Below are positions 21,387-31,930 of a stretch of DNA of 64,000 nt, piece by piece. The stretch comes from a virus. The stretch is from positions 32,001 to 96,000 of the IMG/VR virus record IMGVR_UViG_3300037089_000505; one strand, 5' to 3'. Numbering within the stretch: position 1 is the stretch's first letter; every line of letters starts with the position of its first letter. Position numbers and translations under genes: made by a program. Under the pieces are notes generated by a model, which saw only the letters and a program-made list of their open reading frames with translations, made no database searches and was not told the DNA's origin.

Positions 21387-21661
21387 GTGGAAAAGCAAAT
21401 AACTAAAAAAACAAGAACGCTCAAACTACTTAAGGGCGAAGATTGCCAGCATTGTATGCGATTTGAGCGAAGACATAAGCCAGTTGTGGGCGGTATTGAG
21501 TCATACTGCCATATATGCGAAAAGATTCTATTCTAAAAGAGAATACTTGTGACGAATGGTGGCCGAGCAATGAAACGCTGAAAGAAAAGTTAGTGCGAGC
21601 CGTACAGATTCCAAAGGAATATTTGTTTCGAGAAGAGAGTATAAATAAACGAAAGAGGTGA
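21387..21661 (+). pseudogene. Cys-rich small gene disrupted by a 5-bp duplication; paralog of 21166-21402
   Basis: ATTCT ATTCT at 21525-21534; removing one copy restores ...DCQHC...YC...NTCDEWW, matching the neighbour's DCQHC...YC...NTCNWW. Confidence 0.6.
21625..21645 (+). promoter_or_regulatory. TCGA-N8 promoter
   Basis: gttTCGA gaagagag TATAAA(T), then GAGGTG SD and ATG 21664; would also cover nadE. Confidence 0.55.
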
Positions 21662-21663
21662 GC

Positions 21664-22113
21664 ATGAACTACTTTCAGAGACTCTGGACAAAAACGCCAC
21701 TCAGTAACAAGATCACGCTGGCTGTTTTGGCCCTTGTCATAGATCTCATTCCGATTTTCTGTCTTTGTTGGAGTCTATCACTTCCGCCGGGATCGAAGTA
21801 CCAAACTTTTGACATTGTAGTCAGTGTAATTGCCGTTCCCCTCTTTCTCCTTGGAATCCCATTTGCCTTGTCTGCCCAGGATCTAGCTCAGATTGAAAAG
21901 CGAGAGAAGGAAGTGGCCAAAGATCAGCAAGACTTTCTCAACGATGAAGACGGCTACTTGGAAGGCATGGCCGAAAGAGTCATCACAGAGATTGAATTTG
22001 ATATGGAGATTAAGGAGCTCACTGATTTACAAAAACGGAAATTCGTCAACAAGATTCTTTACAAAATAGTTTCACACTTCAGGGGTTTAGGAAAGGAGAA
22101 GGAAAAGATATGA
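21664..22113 (+). CDS. membrane protein (2 TM)
   Basis: two hydrophobic segments followed by a charged tail. Confidence 0.65.
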   Translation: MNYFQRLWTKTPLSNKITLAVLALVIDLIPIFCLCWSLSLPPGSKYQTFDIVVSVIAVPLFLLGIPFALSAQDLAQIEKREKEVAKDQQDFLNDEDGYLEGMAERVITEIEFDMEIKELTDLQKRKFVNKILYKIVSHFRGLGKEKEKI

Positions 22114-22940
22114 TCAAGGATTTCACGGGCCTCATCAACGCGACGACCATCAGCATCAGGAACTTTACTGACTGTGCGGTCCTCGGACTCTCAGGCGGAG
22201 CTGACTCGACGCTAGTGGCCATTCTTTCCGCCATGGCTTTGGGCCAGGAAAACGTCTACGGAATCGGACTACCCTACAGCGATCTTGACAAGCAGACTTT
22301 CAATTCACGGTCGGCACGGATCGCCCACAGGCTGAACATTCACTACCTGGAAATCCCCATCAAGAAGCAGGTCGACGCTATCATCGAGTCGCTCAAGTGG
22401 GATGATGACCATCCCATGGAGCTCGATGCCATTCAGTTGGGCAACATCAAAGCTCGAGTCCGAATGGCCACGCTCTACGGCCTGAACGGAGCCTTCTCGG
22501 ATGAAGGAACTCGGTACCGTGTCATAGGCACTGGGAACTTCAGCGAGGACTTCATCGGCTACGATACCAAGGGTGGCGATGCTCTTGCCGACATCTTCCC
22601 TATCGGTTGTCTTTTCAAGAGTGAGGTCTATCAGCTTCTCGATCATTTCATTTCTCAAGGATTCATCGAAGAAGACCTTGTCGACCGGGTTCCGAGCGCC
22701 GGTCTCTGGGAAGGCCAGACAGACGAGGGTGAGCTCGGTCATACCTACGCTGACATGGAACCCAAGATCGTCCAGCTCGTCGATGCTTACAAGGATGAGA
22801 TTGGAGAAGTCCAGACTGATGCTCTGACAGAAGATGTCCGCCTGAGACACCTTGCCAACAAGCACAAGCACATGGCTCCTCCGGTTCTCAACCTTCGCAA
22901 GTTCTGCGAATGGAACGATCCGACTGGCTATTTCGCATAA
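22110..22940 (+). CDS. nadE: NH3-dependent NAD+ synthetase
   Basis: LGLSGGADS, GNIKARVRM..LY, GTGN.SE..IGY.TK.GD, K.EVY.L, PSAGLWEGQTDE.ELG..Y. Confidence 0.95.
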   Translation: MIKDFTGLINATTISIRNFTDCAVLGLSGGADSTLVAILSAMALGQENVYGIGLPYSDLDKQTFNSRSARIAHRLNIHYLEIPIKKQVDAIIESLKWDDDHPMELDAIQLGNIKARVRMATLYGLNGAFSDEGTRYRVIGTGNFSEDFIGYDTKGGDALADIFPIGCLFKSEVYQLLDHFISQGFIEEDLVDRVPSAGLWEGQTDEGELGHTYADMEPKIVQLVDAYKDEIGEVQTDALTEDVRLRHLANKHKHMAPPVLNLRKFCEWNDPTGYFA

Positions 22941-22947
22941 CACTTTG

Positions 22948-22979
22948 AGCTGAGGTTGTAAAGCTTTACAACCTCAGCT
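22948..22979. terminator. perfect 32-bp palindrome after nadE (hairpin/terminator-like)
   Basis: AGCTGAGGTTGTAAAG|CTTTACAACCTCAGCT. Confidence 0.65.
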
Positions 22980-23303
22980 TCGTTTGGGAGAAAAAGAAAA
23001 TGGATTGGGACGATATCGATGATGGTGATCACGTTCGACACATAATCACAAAAGAAGAAGGCATTGTCATTAACGCCGATCCGTTCTTTGAACTCGGCGA
23101 GAAAGTGTGGGTGAAGTTTTGGGACCCAGTTAAAAGGAAATGGCGCAAAGAAAAAATTCATCCAGGCGAGGTGGAATGGGCATGAAGGCTTTGATCGAGC
23201 TTCTAACTGATTTTGCTAGAGAGCATCCTATCATCTTCTTTTTTCTCATGCTCCTTACAGCTATCGTCGGATGGCTGTTTATCACTCTATCTTTTATTCT
23301 TTA

Positions 23304-23324
23304 GTTTCGACAGGGATATATTAT
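23304..23324 (+). promoter_or_regulatory. TCGA-N8-TAnnnT promoter (leaderless geometry)
   Basis: gttTCGA cagggata TATTAT, 5 nt to ATG 23330. Confidence 0.7.
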
Positions 23325-23329
23325 AAAGC

Positions 23330-23626
23330 ATGGACACAAAACGAACTTGCAATGCTTGCTGGTTTTACGAGAAGGATGGAACCAATTGGTTCGTTTCCAA
23401 AAACGCCGAAGTAAAGCCCAAGCCCAACCAGGAATGGTGCACACTGAACAACGCGCCCTGCCCGGCAGCTCGGACTTGCCCTTCTTGGATGACCACGGCA
23501 GGAACCAAGCCGATCATGAACGGATCTGATACAAAGACCAAACAGGAAGCAGCGGCTGCCAAGAAAGAAAAGAGGCGGCTCCGGAAACTAGCCAAGAAAG
23601 CTATCCTCGAAGGGAGTCGAGAATGA
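23330..23626 (+). CDS. Cys-containing basic hypothetical protein
   Basis: CNAC...WC.....C.....C; C-ending codon bias. Confidence 0.65.
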   Translation: MDTKRTCNACWFYEKDGTNWFVSKNAEVKPKPNQEWCTLNNAPCPAARTCPSWMTTAGTKPIMNGSDTKTKQEAAAAKKEKRRLRKLAKKAILEGSRE

Positions 23627-24456
23627 TCGTGGCCGTAATTGCCTATATCATCTTAGGCATCATTATGAGCGTTAAGCTTGAATCGGAAATCCTGGAATTT
23701 CCGCTGAGCTTCATAAGTCAAGACACCTATAGAAAGGCAATCGTATTGCCTATCTTGTTTTGGCCTTTTCTGGTCGGAGCTTCTTGGATCTATTTCGTTA
23801 GGAACGGAGAAGGAAATTGAAACCTTACGGAGTCAAAGTCATCCAGTCTCCCGACGTGGCCGATATCCAGGCTATGGGTGCCAAGTCCAGCACTGGAAAG
23901 TTTCCCGGTAAGAGCGGAGATTTTCATCCCTACAGCCGGACCAAAAACAAAAAGGCGATCCGCCAGTATTGGAAGAGCAAGGCCCGCCACCAGAAAATCG
24001 ACTTGGAGGATTAGATGGCCGAAGTTTTTAATAGCATCATGCGGGGGCTGGAAGAAGTCAAAGAAATACGGGCTGCCGATACGGCTCTTGAGCAAGATTT
24101 GAAATGGGCGGTTCAGATTCGCAAACTCCGCAAGGGTCTTGAACGATGGGAGAATCCCTACGTCATCGCAAAAATCCTCAAAATCCTGAAAAAAACTGGA
24201 ACCCCACTTTTCTGGTTCAGCATTGAGAGTCCGAACTGCCTTGAAGAAGAGGACAACGAGAATACTCTCCGAGAGGTTGTGAAGATGCTCAAGCACCACG
24301 TGAAATTCGTAAAGGGCGGGGGAAAAGTACCCACTGTCCAGGGAGTCCCTTTCAAATACGCCCACACCGTCACCTCCGATGATGAAACCAAAATCATGTT
24401 CACAGACATTTCTAACCTGGGCGATTATGTCATTTTCGACGACTAGGAGAGAAGAT

Positions 24457-24656
24457 ATGCCAGGATACATTGAAGACACCACGGGAATACACACGGTTTC
24501 ATAGCTGAAGAATGTGACACCTTGGATGCATCAGTGTTCACCGGAGATCAACTTCTTGAAAAATCAAATCGAGAAGGCTTGAAAATGTATCTCGATCGAT
24601 GGCAAAAGAAAATTATGGAATGGGAAGAAATGGCAAAAGAATTGGGGTACAAATGA
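24457..24656 (+). pseudogene. small gene interrupted by an extra AC dinucleotide
   Basis: AGGAG SD + ATG 24457; ACACAC at 24489-24494; deleting one AC gives a continuous ORF whose TGA overlaps the next ATG. Confidence 0.55.
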
Positions 24657-25027
24657 TACTCGGTCTTGATGTTCATGGAGTGATCGATAAAGAGCCTGAC
24701 AAGTACGCTGCTCTAGCACGTGCCGTTCGGTCGAAGAAGGGTGGCAAAGTTTATATCATCACCGGACAATCTGATACTCCCGAATTAAGAAATTTGCTAG
24801 ACAATCTCGGAATGACGTTTGATAGGCTCGTTTCAATTCAGGATGAGCTTATGGCAGTTAGTGCTCCCATCATGGGATACGAAGAAGGAAGACCAATCTT
24901 TCGTTCTCTTGATTGGGACGGCTTCAAAGGGTCATATTGCGCCCGCAATCATGTTGATCTAATGATTGATGACAGCCCAGAATATCGTCTTTATTTCACG
25001 ACTCCTTTCCTTTTAATAAACAAGTAA
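24653..25027 (+). CDS. HAD-superfamily phosphatase-like protein
   Basis: LGLDVHGVI (DxH variant), YIITG, K...C, MIDDS. Confidence 0.7.
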   Translation: MILGLDVHGVIDKEPDKYAALARAVRSKKGGKVYIITGQSDTPELRNLLDNLGMTFDRLVSIQDELMAVSAPIMGYEEGRPIFRSLDWDGFKGSYCARNHVDLMIDDSPEYRLYFTTPFLLINK

Positions 25028-25029
25028 AA

Positions 25030-25050
25030 CTTTCGAAAGCGAGGTATAAT
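25030..25050 (+). promoter_or_regulatory. TCGA-N8-TATAAT promoter (leaderless geometry)
   Basis: cttTCGA aagcgagg TATAAT, 6 nt to ATG 25057. Confidence 0.75.
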
Positions 25051-25056
25051 AAAGAT

Positions 25057-26289
25057 ATGGAAACACGCGGAGATAAGTCACTCATCATGGTCACCGCTGA
25101 CAACAACAACAAATTTTACAAGATGCATGATAATACCGATGGAACCTTCACGGTGAAATACGGTCGGGTCGGAGTCACTGAGACGACTATGAACTACCCC
25201 ATAAAGAAATGGGATTCCATTTACCGAGACAAGACCGGCAAAGGTTATCGGGATGTTACGGAGCTTCGGGCCGAGAAGACGGTCAACAACAGCAATGGCA
25301 ACACCCCGAGTTTCGCCGACATCAAAATCGCCCAGATCAAATCTCTGGTCGCCACTCTCCAGTCCTATGCGAAGAAATCAGTCACCGAGAACTATACGGT
25401 CACTTCTGAGGCAGTCACTCAAGCCCAGGTCGACGAAGCACAGTCTGTTTTGGACCGGATCACCACTCTGAAGGTCACCGATACCAAGATCCTCAATGAC
25501 ACCCTCCTGGAACTCTACAAGGTCATTCCCCGAAGAATGGCCAACGTCAAGCATCACCTCTTCGGTCTGGAAGAGGGACTTGATAGCAAGCCGGACATTT
25601 TCAAAAGGACAATTGAGACCGAGCAAGCCACTCTGGACGTTATGAGAGGCCAGGTTTCTACTAACACCAAGACCAAGGACGTTTCTAACAAAGCCAACCA
25701 GACACTGCTCGAGGCCATGGGGCTGGAAATCGTTCCCATCGAAGATTCGGATCGGCAGATCATTCTCAAACTTCTCGGCCCCAACAGCCGGCAATTCCGT
25801 TCGGCCTTCAAGGTGATCAACGTCAAGACTCAAGGCCTCTTTGATAAGAAACTGGTCGAAGTCACCAACAAATCCACCAACCTTTTTTGGCACGGCTCTC
25901 GCAACGAAAACTGGTGGTCCATTCTGGACTCCGGCCTCATGATCAGGCCTTCCAACGCCATCTACACTGGGTCCATGTTCGGAGATGGAATCTACTTCGC
26001 CGATAAGGCTCAGAAGTCTATCGGCTACACTTCTCTTCGGGGAAGCTACTGGGCCGGTGGCGGAAGCAACAAGGCTTACCTGGCAGTCTTCAATGTCCAT
26101 ACCGGAAACTGGCTCAAAGCTCAGAGGCACGAGTCCTGGATGTACGAACTGACTGAGAAGAAGCTGAAAGCCCGGGGCGCTTACGATTCTTTCTTCGCTC
26201 TCGACGGAGCTGATCTCCGGAACAATGAATACATCGTCTACAACAAGGCACAGTGCACCGTCCAGTACCTGGTCGAGATCGGAGACTAA
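25057..26289 (+). CDS. poly(ADP-ribose) polymerase: WGR + helical regulatory + catalytic domain
   Basis: NNNKFY...YGRVG...K..KGY (WGR); LY..IPR; FWHGSR.ENW.SIL..GL, G.MFG.GIYFA....KS.GY, NNEYIVY (H-Y-E triad). Confidence 0.92.
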   Translation: METRGDKSLIMVTADNNNKFYKMHDNTDGTFTVKYGRVGVTETTMNYPIKKWDSIYRDKTGKGYRDVTELRAEKTVNNSNGNTPSFADIKIAQIKSLVATLQSYAKKSVTENYTVTSEAVTQAQVDEAQSVLDRITTLKVTDTKILNDTLLELYKVIPRRMANVKHHLFGLEEGLDSKPDIFKRTIETEQATLDVMRGQVSTNTKTKDVSNKANQTLLEAMGLEIVPIEDSDRQIILKLLGPNSRQFRSAFKVINVKTQGLFDKKLVEVTNKSTNLFWHGSRNENWWSILDSGLMIRPSNAIYTGSMFGDGIYFADKAQKSIGYTSLRGSYWAGGGSNKAYLAVFNVHTGNWLKAQRHESWMYELTEKKLKARGAYDSFFALDGADLRNNEYIVYNKAQCTVQYLVEIGD

Positions 26290-27395
26290 ATTGATCCGAT
26301 ACGGAATCTACAACACAGAAGTCGGAACCATTACCGAGCTCCTTGCCGACGAGGGCGACACAATCACTATTCGAGCAAAAAACGGTTTTGCAAAATCAAG
26401 AACTATCAAGATTGAAGACTTGGTTGCTTTACTCGAAAAAAACTCTACTCTAAAAAGAGCTGGAGAGATCTTGGCTAAAAAGCTCCGGACGGTTCAAGGC
26501 CTTCAAGTCGGAGATGCTTTCTTAAATTTCGAAGATGAATTGCTCGCATGGGAAAAGGCAAAATGAAATGGCTATCTTTTTAGCACTTCTACCGGCTGCA
26601 ATTCTCTGGAAGCTCTTCGCCTATTTGGTCGTCCTGCTACTCTGGGGAACTATGTGCTTCTTCGTCGGAAGGTGGACAAAGTGAAAGCCTTCGACAGCGA
26701 CATAGTATCAAGCGAAGGGAAGAAATAAATGGCAACCTGGCGGTCATGGTCAAAAAAGCGATGGAGTGAGGCTGGATTCGCTCGCGCACCAGAACACGAG
26801 GAAGATGCAAAGAGGATGGCGCTCGCTGCTATTCGCAATATTTCTATGTCCGAGTTCATGGCTATTCTTGGTCGACCCAAAGAGGAATATGCCGGTCATG
26901 GCTCTGAGCTCTACAATGCTATTATCAATCCCACGATCCGGCGAGAAATGGTTCTGAAAGCATTTTTCGGAAACAAGATTCCTGACATGAAAATTCATCG
27001 ACACAAGACCGTTTGGGTTTGCCAGGATTGCGCAGACGTCAATCACGGCCTTCTGCTCACCAACGGGACAAAAATGCTCTTCACAGAGTGCTCCGATTGT
27101 AGCCAGATGAAACCCTGTATAGACATCGAGAAGTAATAAGGAGAAGACAAATGAGAATTCTAATTGGCCTTGATGAAAAGGCTCTAAAGGAAGCGTTGAA
27201 GAATGGCGGCCCCGTAGTTGTTGTTGATACTGCTGAAACGCCAGTTTCTCTCGTAATTACTGAGGGCGAGATTGAGGACATTTCGTCTATGAAAGGGCAG
27301 AAAGACGATCAAGAAAACCCCATTGATACTTACAATCTTTTTCCAGAGAGCATGTCTGAAAAAGAGTTCAACCAAATCATGAAGGAGACAAAGAA

Positions 27396-27871
27396 ATGAA
27401 GGTGACGAAGATTCTTGTCGTTCTGTTGGCCGTTCTGTTTGCGGCCCTTGTGGGATGCACTTGCTCATAGTTGGTGGTTTTTACTTCTTTCAATAGCAAC
27501 GATCATAGGTGTTACTGGATGTCTTGTTGAAGTATACGACGAGGCCAAGCTAGTTGATGGTAGGGCTAAAGAAATTAGATGGGGTAGTCAACCATTTCCC
27601 AAAGATGAAGTCTTGGCCATGTTGAAGGATGCTCATACTTGTATCAACTGCTATTGGGAGCGTGGTACTGGGAAAGTCAATCGGCAATTGCATAAAGTGC
27701 CAAAAAGCATTTCCAGTTGAACATAAGTGTCTCTGGGAAGAAGTAGAGGCTCGAACGATTACAACCGAAGATTTTCGTAGACCTGATCTTGAAAAGCGAG
27801 TCACTGCTGAAATCAAAATTCTCAAATGTCATATCTGTGGGGATTTGAAAGAGTTTAGGATAAGCATATGA
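27396..27871 (+). pseudogene. frame-disrupted membrane gene plus Cys-rich gene
   Basis: ATG 27396 with AAGGAG SD stops early; coding sense continues in successive +1 frames (27415-27720, 27629-27871). Confidence 0.4.
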
Positions 27872-28249
27872 AACGATCTTTTATGGTTATAGTAAAAGAA
27901 AAGTCTTGGGAAATCTATTGGCGACTACAAGAATCATGGTTTTGGAAATTCTATCGGTGGTTCACACCGTCCTGGCTATCTTATGTTTTCGAGAAGAGAC
28001 GGGGAGGTAATGACACGCCATGGTTGACAGTCATTCACTGTCGGGTCATGGGTCATCCAAATGGCGAAGTGTTCTACAATCTCGGTGGCTCTGAGCCTAA
28101 TCATCATTGTAAAGATTGCGGCGAGGATATAGGATAATGAATCGTGACTGGCCCACAATTGAAGACGTTGAAAAGGGTAAGATGTCTGACCTCTCTCACT
28201 GGTTCGTATTGTTACCCAACGCTGAAACTCCAGAGCAAGAAGCAATTGT

Positions 28250-28270
28250 GTATCGAATTCGACTTAGAAT
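28250..28270 (+). promoter_or_regulatory. TCGA-N8-TAnnnT promoter inside the 3' end of the upstream ORF
   Basis: gtaTCGA attcgact TAGAAT, ~28 nt before ATG 28299. Confidence 0.45.
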
Positions 28271-29030
28271 CAAAGAACTTTATAGCGAGGTAAAGTAAAT
28301 GAAGATTACTAAAGAGCAGCTTCTTCACAAAGGTGGATCTTGGCTTGGTGCAATCCGTTCGTGGATTCAATGGAATGCCATAAACGGAAGTCAAGTAACA
28401 TGGGGTAGCGACGAGCCGCTTCGATTCACAAAAGCTCTGACGGTCAAAGACCTGGAAGAACTGGCTGCTGAAATCGCGGCCAATGCCCTCAACTATCCGC
28501 CTTTGTTTTCAACTCAATATCGTCGGCCTCTCGATCCTAAAGAGGAATCTCTTAGAGAATTGAACAGGCTCAAAGATGAAACCGTATGAGTTCATCGACC
28601 GTATAAATTACGTTTTTCATCCAATAAGAATCTCTACATTCCAGAAATTTTTCTGGCGTGTGTTGGGACTCTTATTGACTGCCCTCACGTTCGGGGTAGT
28701 AGCCATACTTTTCTATAGCGTATTTTTTGACAGAGCTGACTTTCTCAACAGGAGAAAAATGTGCCAGCTTCTGACGAAATCCCCTTGCCTTTTGAAAGAT
28801 CCTGTCAAGGTAAAGATAGGTATCACAAAAGGATATCTCTGGCAGCTTGATCTGAGAACTGACGTTTGCTGGACTGAAGACGGAGTCTTTTGTTACTGTA
28901 ATGAGGACATACTCTTTTGTACCTTCTTGCCAGATCGGCTTCAGAAAAAATACGATCTTAAAATGAGAAGAGTTCTCAAAGCTTCTCTAAAACAACAAAG
29001 AAGAGAAAAGAAAGCAATCACAAAAGAATC

Positions 29031-29780
29031 ATGAAAATTTTATTCACAGCTGATCTACATGGATTAGAAAGTGCATTTGTACGATATGTTGAACTTCTCA
29101 AAGACTATGACATTGGCGTCATTGCTGGAGATTTACAAGACGACCGTTTACCAGAAAATAAAATTGCTGAGCTACTTGGTGTTCCAGCTGCAAGTTTACG
29201 TCTGGACCAAGAGTATGATCGTTTCATAGACGCCTACGAGGCTCTTGAAAAACAGAGCGACAAAGCTCTAGAAGTCCAAGCAATCAAATTGAATACGATT
29301 CTTAATTCAGCAAATAAACCCGTTCTGATAATTAAGGGTAATCACGATCGATGCGCTTGGCCCTCGAATGGCAACGTCCACAATATCGATCAGACTAGTT
29401 TCAAGTATGAAAAGCTTAATTTTGTGGGGTACCAATGGACTAATTTCCACAGAAGCGAACTCATGCAGGAAGCTGACCTTCAGTCTCTTGTACCCCTAAT
29501 GGATGAGAACACAGTGTTAGTAACTCATGCTCCGCCATACAGAGTTTTAGACACTATCACAGTCCATATTTTTGGTTATGGTCCTACTAAACAACCGCTC
29601 GGTAGTCAGGCCATTCGGTATTTCGTAGAAAAGACACATCCCAAACTGCATCTCTTTGGACATATTCACGAAGGCTTCGGTCGACGAGGCAATTCGTTCA
29701 ATGGATCCTATAGATTCCCCAAACGTTTTGTAGGTATCACCATTGAAGGTAATGAAATTTTGCATAGAGAACTTTCTTAG
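29031..29780 (+). CDS. metallophosphoesterase (Icc-like)
   Basis: ADLHG, AGDL, GNHD, VTHAPP, GS..I, FGHIHE. Confidence 0.9.
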   Translation: MKILFTADLHGLESAFVRYVELLKDYDIGVIAGDLQDDRLPENKIAELLGVPAASLRLDQEYDRFIDAYEALEKQSDKALEVQAIKLNTILNSANKPVLIIKGNHDRCAWPSNGNVHNIDQTSFKYEKLNFVGYQWTNFHRSELMQEADLQSLVPLMDENTVLVTHAPPYRVLDTITVHIFGYGPTKQPLGSQAIRYFVEKTHPKLHLFGHIHEGFGRRGNSFNGSYRFPKRFVGITIEGNEILHRELS

Positions 29781-29800
29781 TATCGAAGGCGACTTATGTT
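29780..29800 (+). promoter_or_regulatory. TCGA-N8-TAnnnT promoter
   Basis: gtaTCGA aggcgact TATGTT; predicted +1 falls on the GGAGG SD of ATG 29817. Confidence 0.55.
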
Positions 29801-29816
29801 CTTCTTGGAGGCGCAC

Positions 29817-30713
29817 ATGTTTGAAGAGATAGGTAAATTCATCGACCATCTTCCCACAGCTGTTGTGAAATTCACAGATGCAGTTGCCAAGGGACTTGAA
29901 AAGAATATGTCCCTTTGGCTTTTGATTATTTTCAATGCCTATCTCCTGGGTGGTATTACTTGGACAATCGTCACATCTGTGGCTGTTGGATGGTGGCTGT
30001 TGCTCGCAATACTTCCTATACTACTCGCAATACCCTATGCGATTGCTCTAATCAGGAAGATAAGGAGTCACCATGAAAAGACTGTTTAATTTACTAGTCA
30101 TAGCCATTTTGGTAGCTTTACCTTTTGTAGCATGCGGTGTAGCTCCATCTGATCCAACGCCGAAAGTTCCAGGCTTACAAGCACAAAATCTCCCGTCGAG
30201 TTTCGTATTTGTTGAAGCCAAAGGTAATTACTATTACATCTATAAGGATGAAAATGGCTATTACCTCATCCATCAGGATTCTACATTTGCCCAGAGCGTT
30301 CATATCACTTGGCTTGGTACTACGATTCATTAAAGCATCGAGACATATATTCTTTTAGTAACTGGAGGACCAAGATGTTTGCTGAAGCTTTCAAAGCTAT
30401 CGGTGAAGCCATAGACACGTTCTTCAACGTCGTGCCCAAGGCTATCGTAGATTTTTTCAGGGCTATGTACAAGAGCGATGCTTTTCAGAAAATGCCTTAT
30501 TGGTTTCTGATCGCTTTCGCTGTCTTCAATCTTGTATTTGTTACTTGGGATATTATCTATATAATCAACACGGGCCTTATCTGGTTTCCGTTCCTGGCGG
30601 CGCTTCAACTTTTTATTGCCTCGCCCTATGTGGTCGGCTTGATCAGGAAGATGCGCCAGGGAAATGTGATTTCCAGTCTGATTTCAAAGCTGAAGGGAAA
30701 GAAAGATGTCTGA
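29817..30713 (+). CDS. two paralogous 2-TM proteins (29817-30089, 30375-30713) flanking a lipoprotein (30073-30333)
   Basis: shared F..IG..ID...P.A.V.F and PY...LIRK.R; lipobox-like FVAC. Confidence 0.65.
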
Positions 30714-31746
30714 AAGAAAACTCGCTTCAATCCAGAGGATCGCCAAGATCGAGCCCATCGAGGGCGCCGACGCAATCGAGCGTCTTTCCATTCTCGGCTG
30801 GCATTGCGTAAGCCAGAAGGGCACCTTCAAAGAGGGAGACCTTTGTGTCTACTTTGAAGTGGACTCTTTGCTTCCTGTGAAGCCGGAATATGAATTTCTT
30901 CGCAAGAGTTCGTTCAATCCTCGGCTCAATGGTTTCCGCATCACGACCATCAAACTTCGGGGTCAGATTTCGCAGGGTCTTGCCCTTCCCTGGAAAGAAT
31001 TGGAATTTGGCGACCAGAACAACATTGTCGAAGGAGCTAACGCAACAGAAGCTCTCGGCGTTCGGAAATACGAGCCCGAAATTCACCCCTCTCTCATGGG
31101 CGATGTGAAAGGCAACTTCCCATCTTACGTTCCCAAGACGGACGAGGAAAGAATCCAGAACGTTCCCAACGTTCTTACCCGCCATGCCGACAAACTCTTT
31201 GTGGCGACAGAAAAGCTGGATGGAACCTCTACTACCTTCTTTGTCTTTGAAGGAGAATTCGGAGTTTGCGGAAGAAACTGGGAACTCAAGCCGACTGAAA
31301 AGAACACCTACTGGGAAGTGGCAAGAAAGATCGATGCTGAGCTCAAGCTCAAGAAATCCGCCTGGAAGAATGTCGCCGTCCAGGGCGAAATCGTTGGACC
31401 CGGAATCCAGAAGAACAAATACGCTCTTTCTGAGTTCAAGTTCTTCGTCTACCATGTATTCGACATCGACGCCTACAGGTACTTCAACCACTCCGCGCTG
31501 ATGCATTTTTGCAAAGCCAATGGTTTTGACACAGTGCCTGAGGTTGCAGTAGATTTCCACCTGCAGGACAAAATGCCCAATGTGGAAGCAGCCGTCAATT
31601 TCTCTAACGCCAAATCGCTTCTCAATCCTGTCATCATGAGGGAGGGTGTGGTAGTCAAGTCGGCTATAGAGAACATTGATCCTGAGCTCGGGCGACTTTC
31701 ATTCAAAGTCATCAATCCCTACTTCCTACTCAAACACGAGGAATAA
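30706..31746 (+). CDS. ATP-dependent RNA ligase, DRB0094/Rnl2-type with N-terminal OB domain
   Basis: RKLASIQ.I..IEPIEGAD.IE, KLRGQISQGL, PKTDEERIQN, motif I EKLDGTS, QGEIVG.GIQKN.Y, REGVV, SFKVI. Confidence 0.93.
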   Translation: MSERKLASIQRIAKIEPIEGADAIERLSILGWHCVSQKGTFKEGDLCVYFEVDSLLPVKPEYEFLRKSSFNPRLNGFRITTIKLRGQISQGLALPWKELEFGDQNNIVEGANATEALGVRKYEPEIHPSLMGDVKGNFPSYVPKTDEERIQNVPNVLTRHADKLFVATEKLDGTSTTFFVFEGEFGVCGRNWELKPTEKNTYWEVARKIDAELKLKKSAWKNVAVQGEIVGPGIQKNKYALSEFKFFVYHVFDIDAYRYFNHSALMHFCKANGFDTVPEVAVDFHLQDKMPNVEAAVNFSNAKSLLNPVIMREGVVVKSAIENIDPELGRLSFKVINPYFLLKHEE

Positions 31747-31930
31747 AATGTATGGTCTAGAAGATGAAATTGCTGGTCAAAGAGAAGATATAGAAAAACT
31801 CAAAAGAAAGAACGCAAAGTTGCACAAGCAACTTAAGGACAAGGATACACTAATCAAAACTTTGCAGGAAACAATTGATCGTCTGCAAAAGAAACCATCG
31901 ACGTGAAGATAAAGACTGGGAGGTCTTTTC

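Noticed and set aside
27668-27674. GGGAAAG lambda-type -1 slippery site
   Set aside because: The phase would need +1 rather than -1, and the surrounding region has other frame breaks, so decay is the simpler explanation.
5065-30353. Further TCGA promoter candidates at 5065 (N7), 14961 (N9), 19459 (N9) and 30338 (N6)
   Set aside because: Spacer differs from the strict 8 nt, so they were left out of the count; some may be weak variants.
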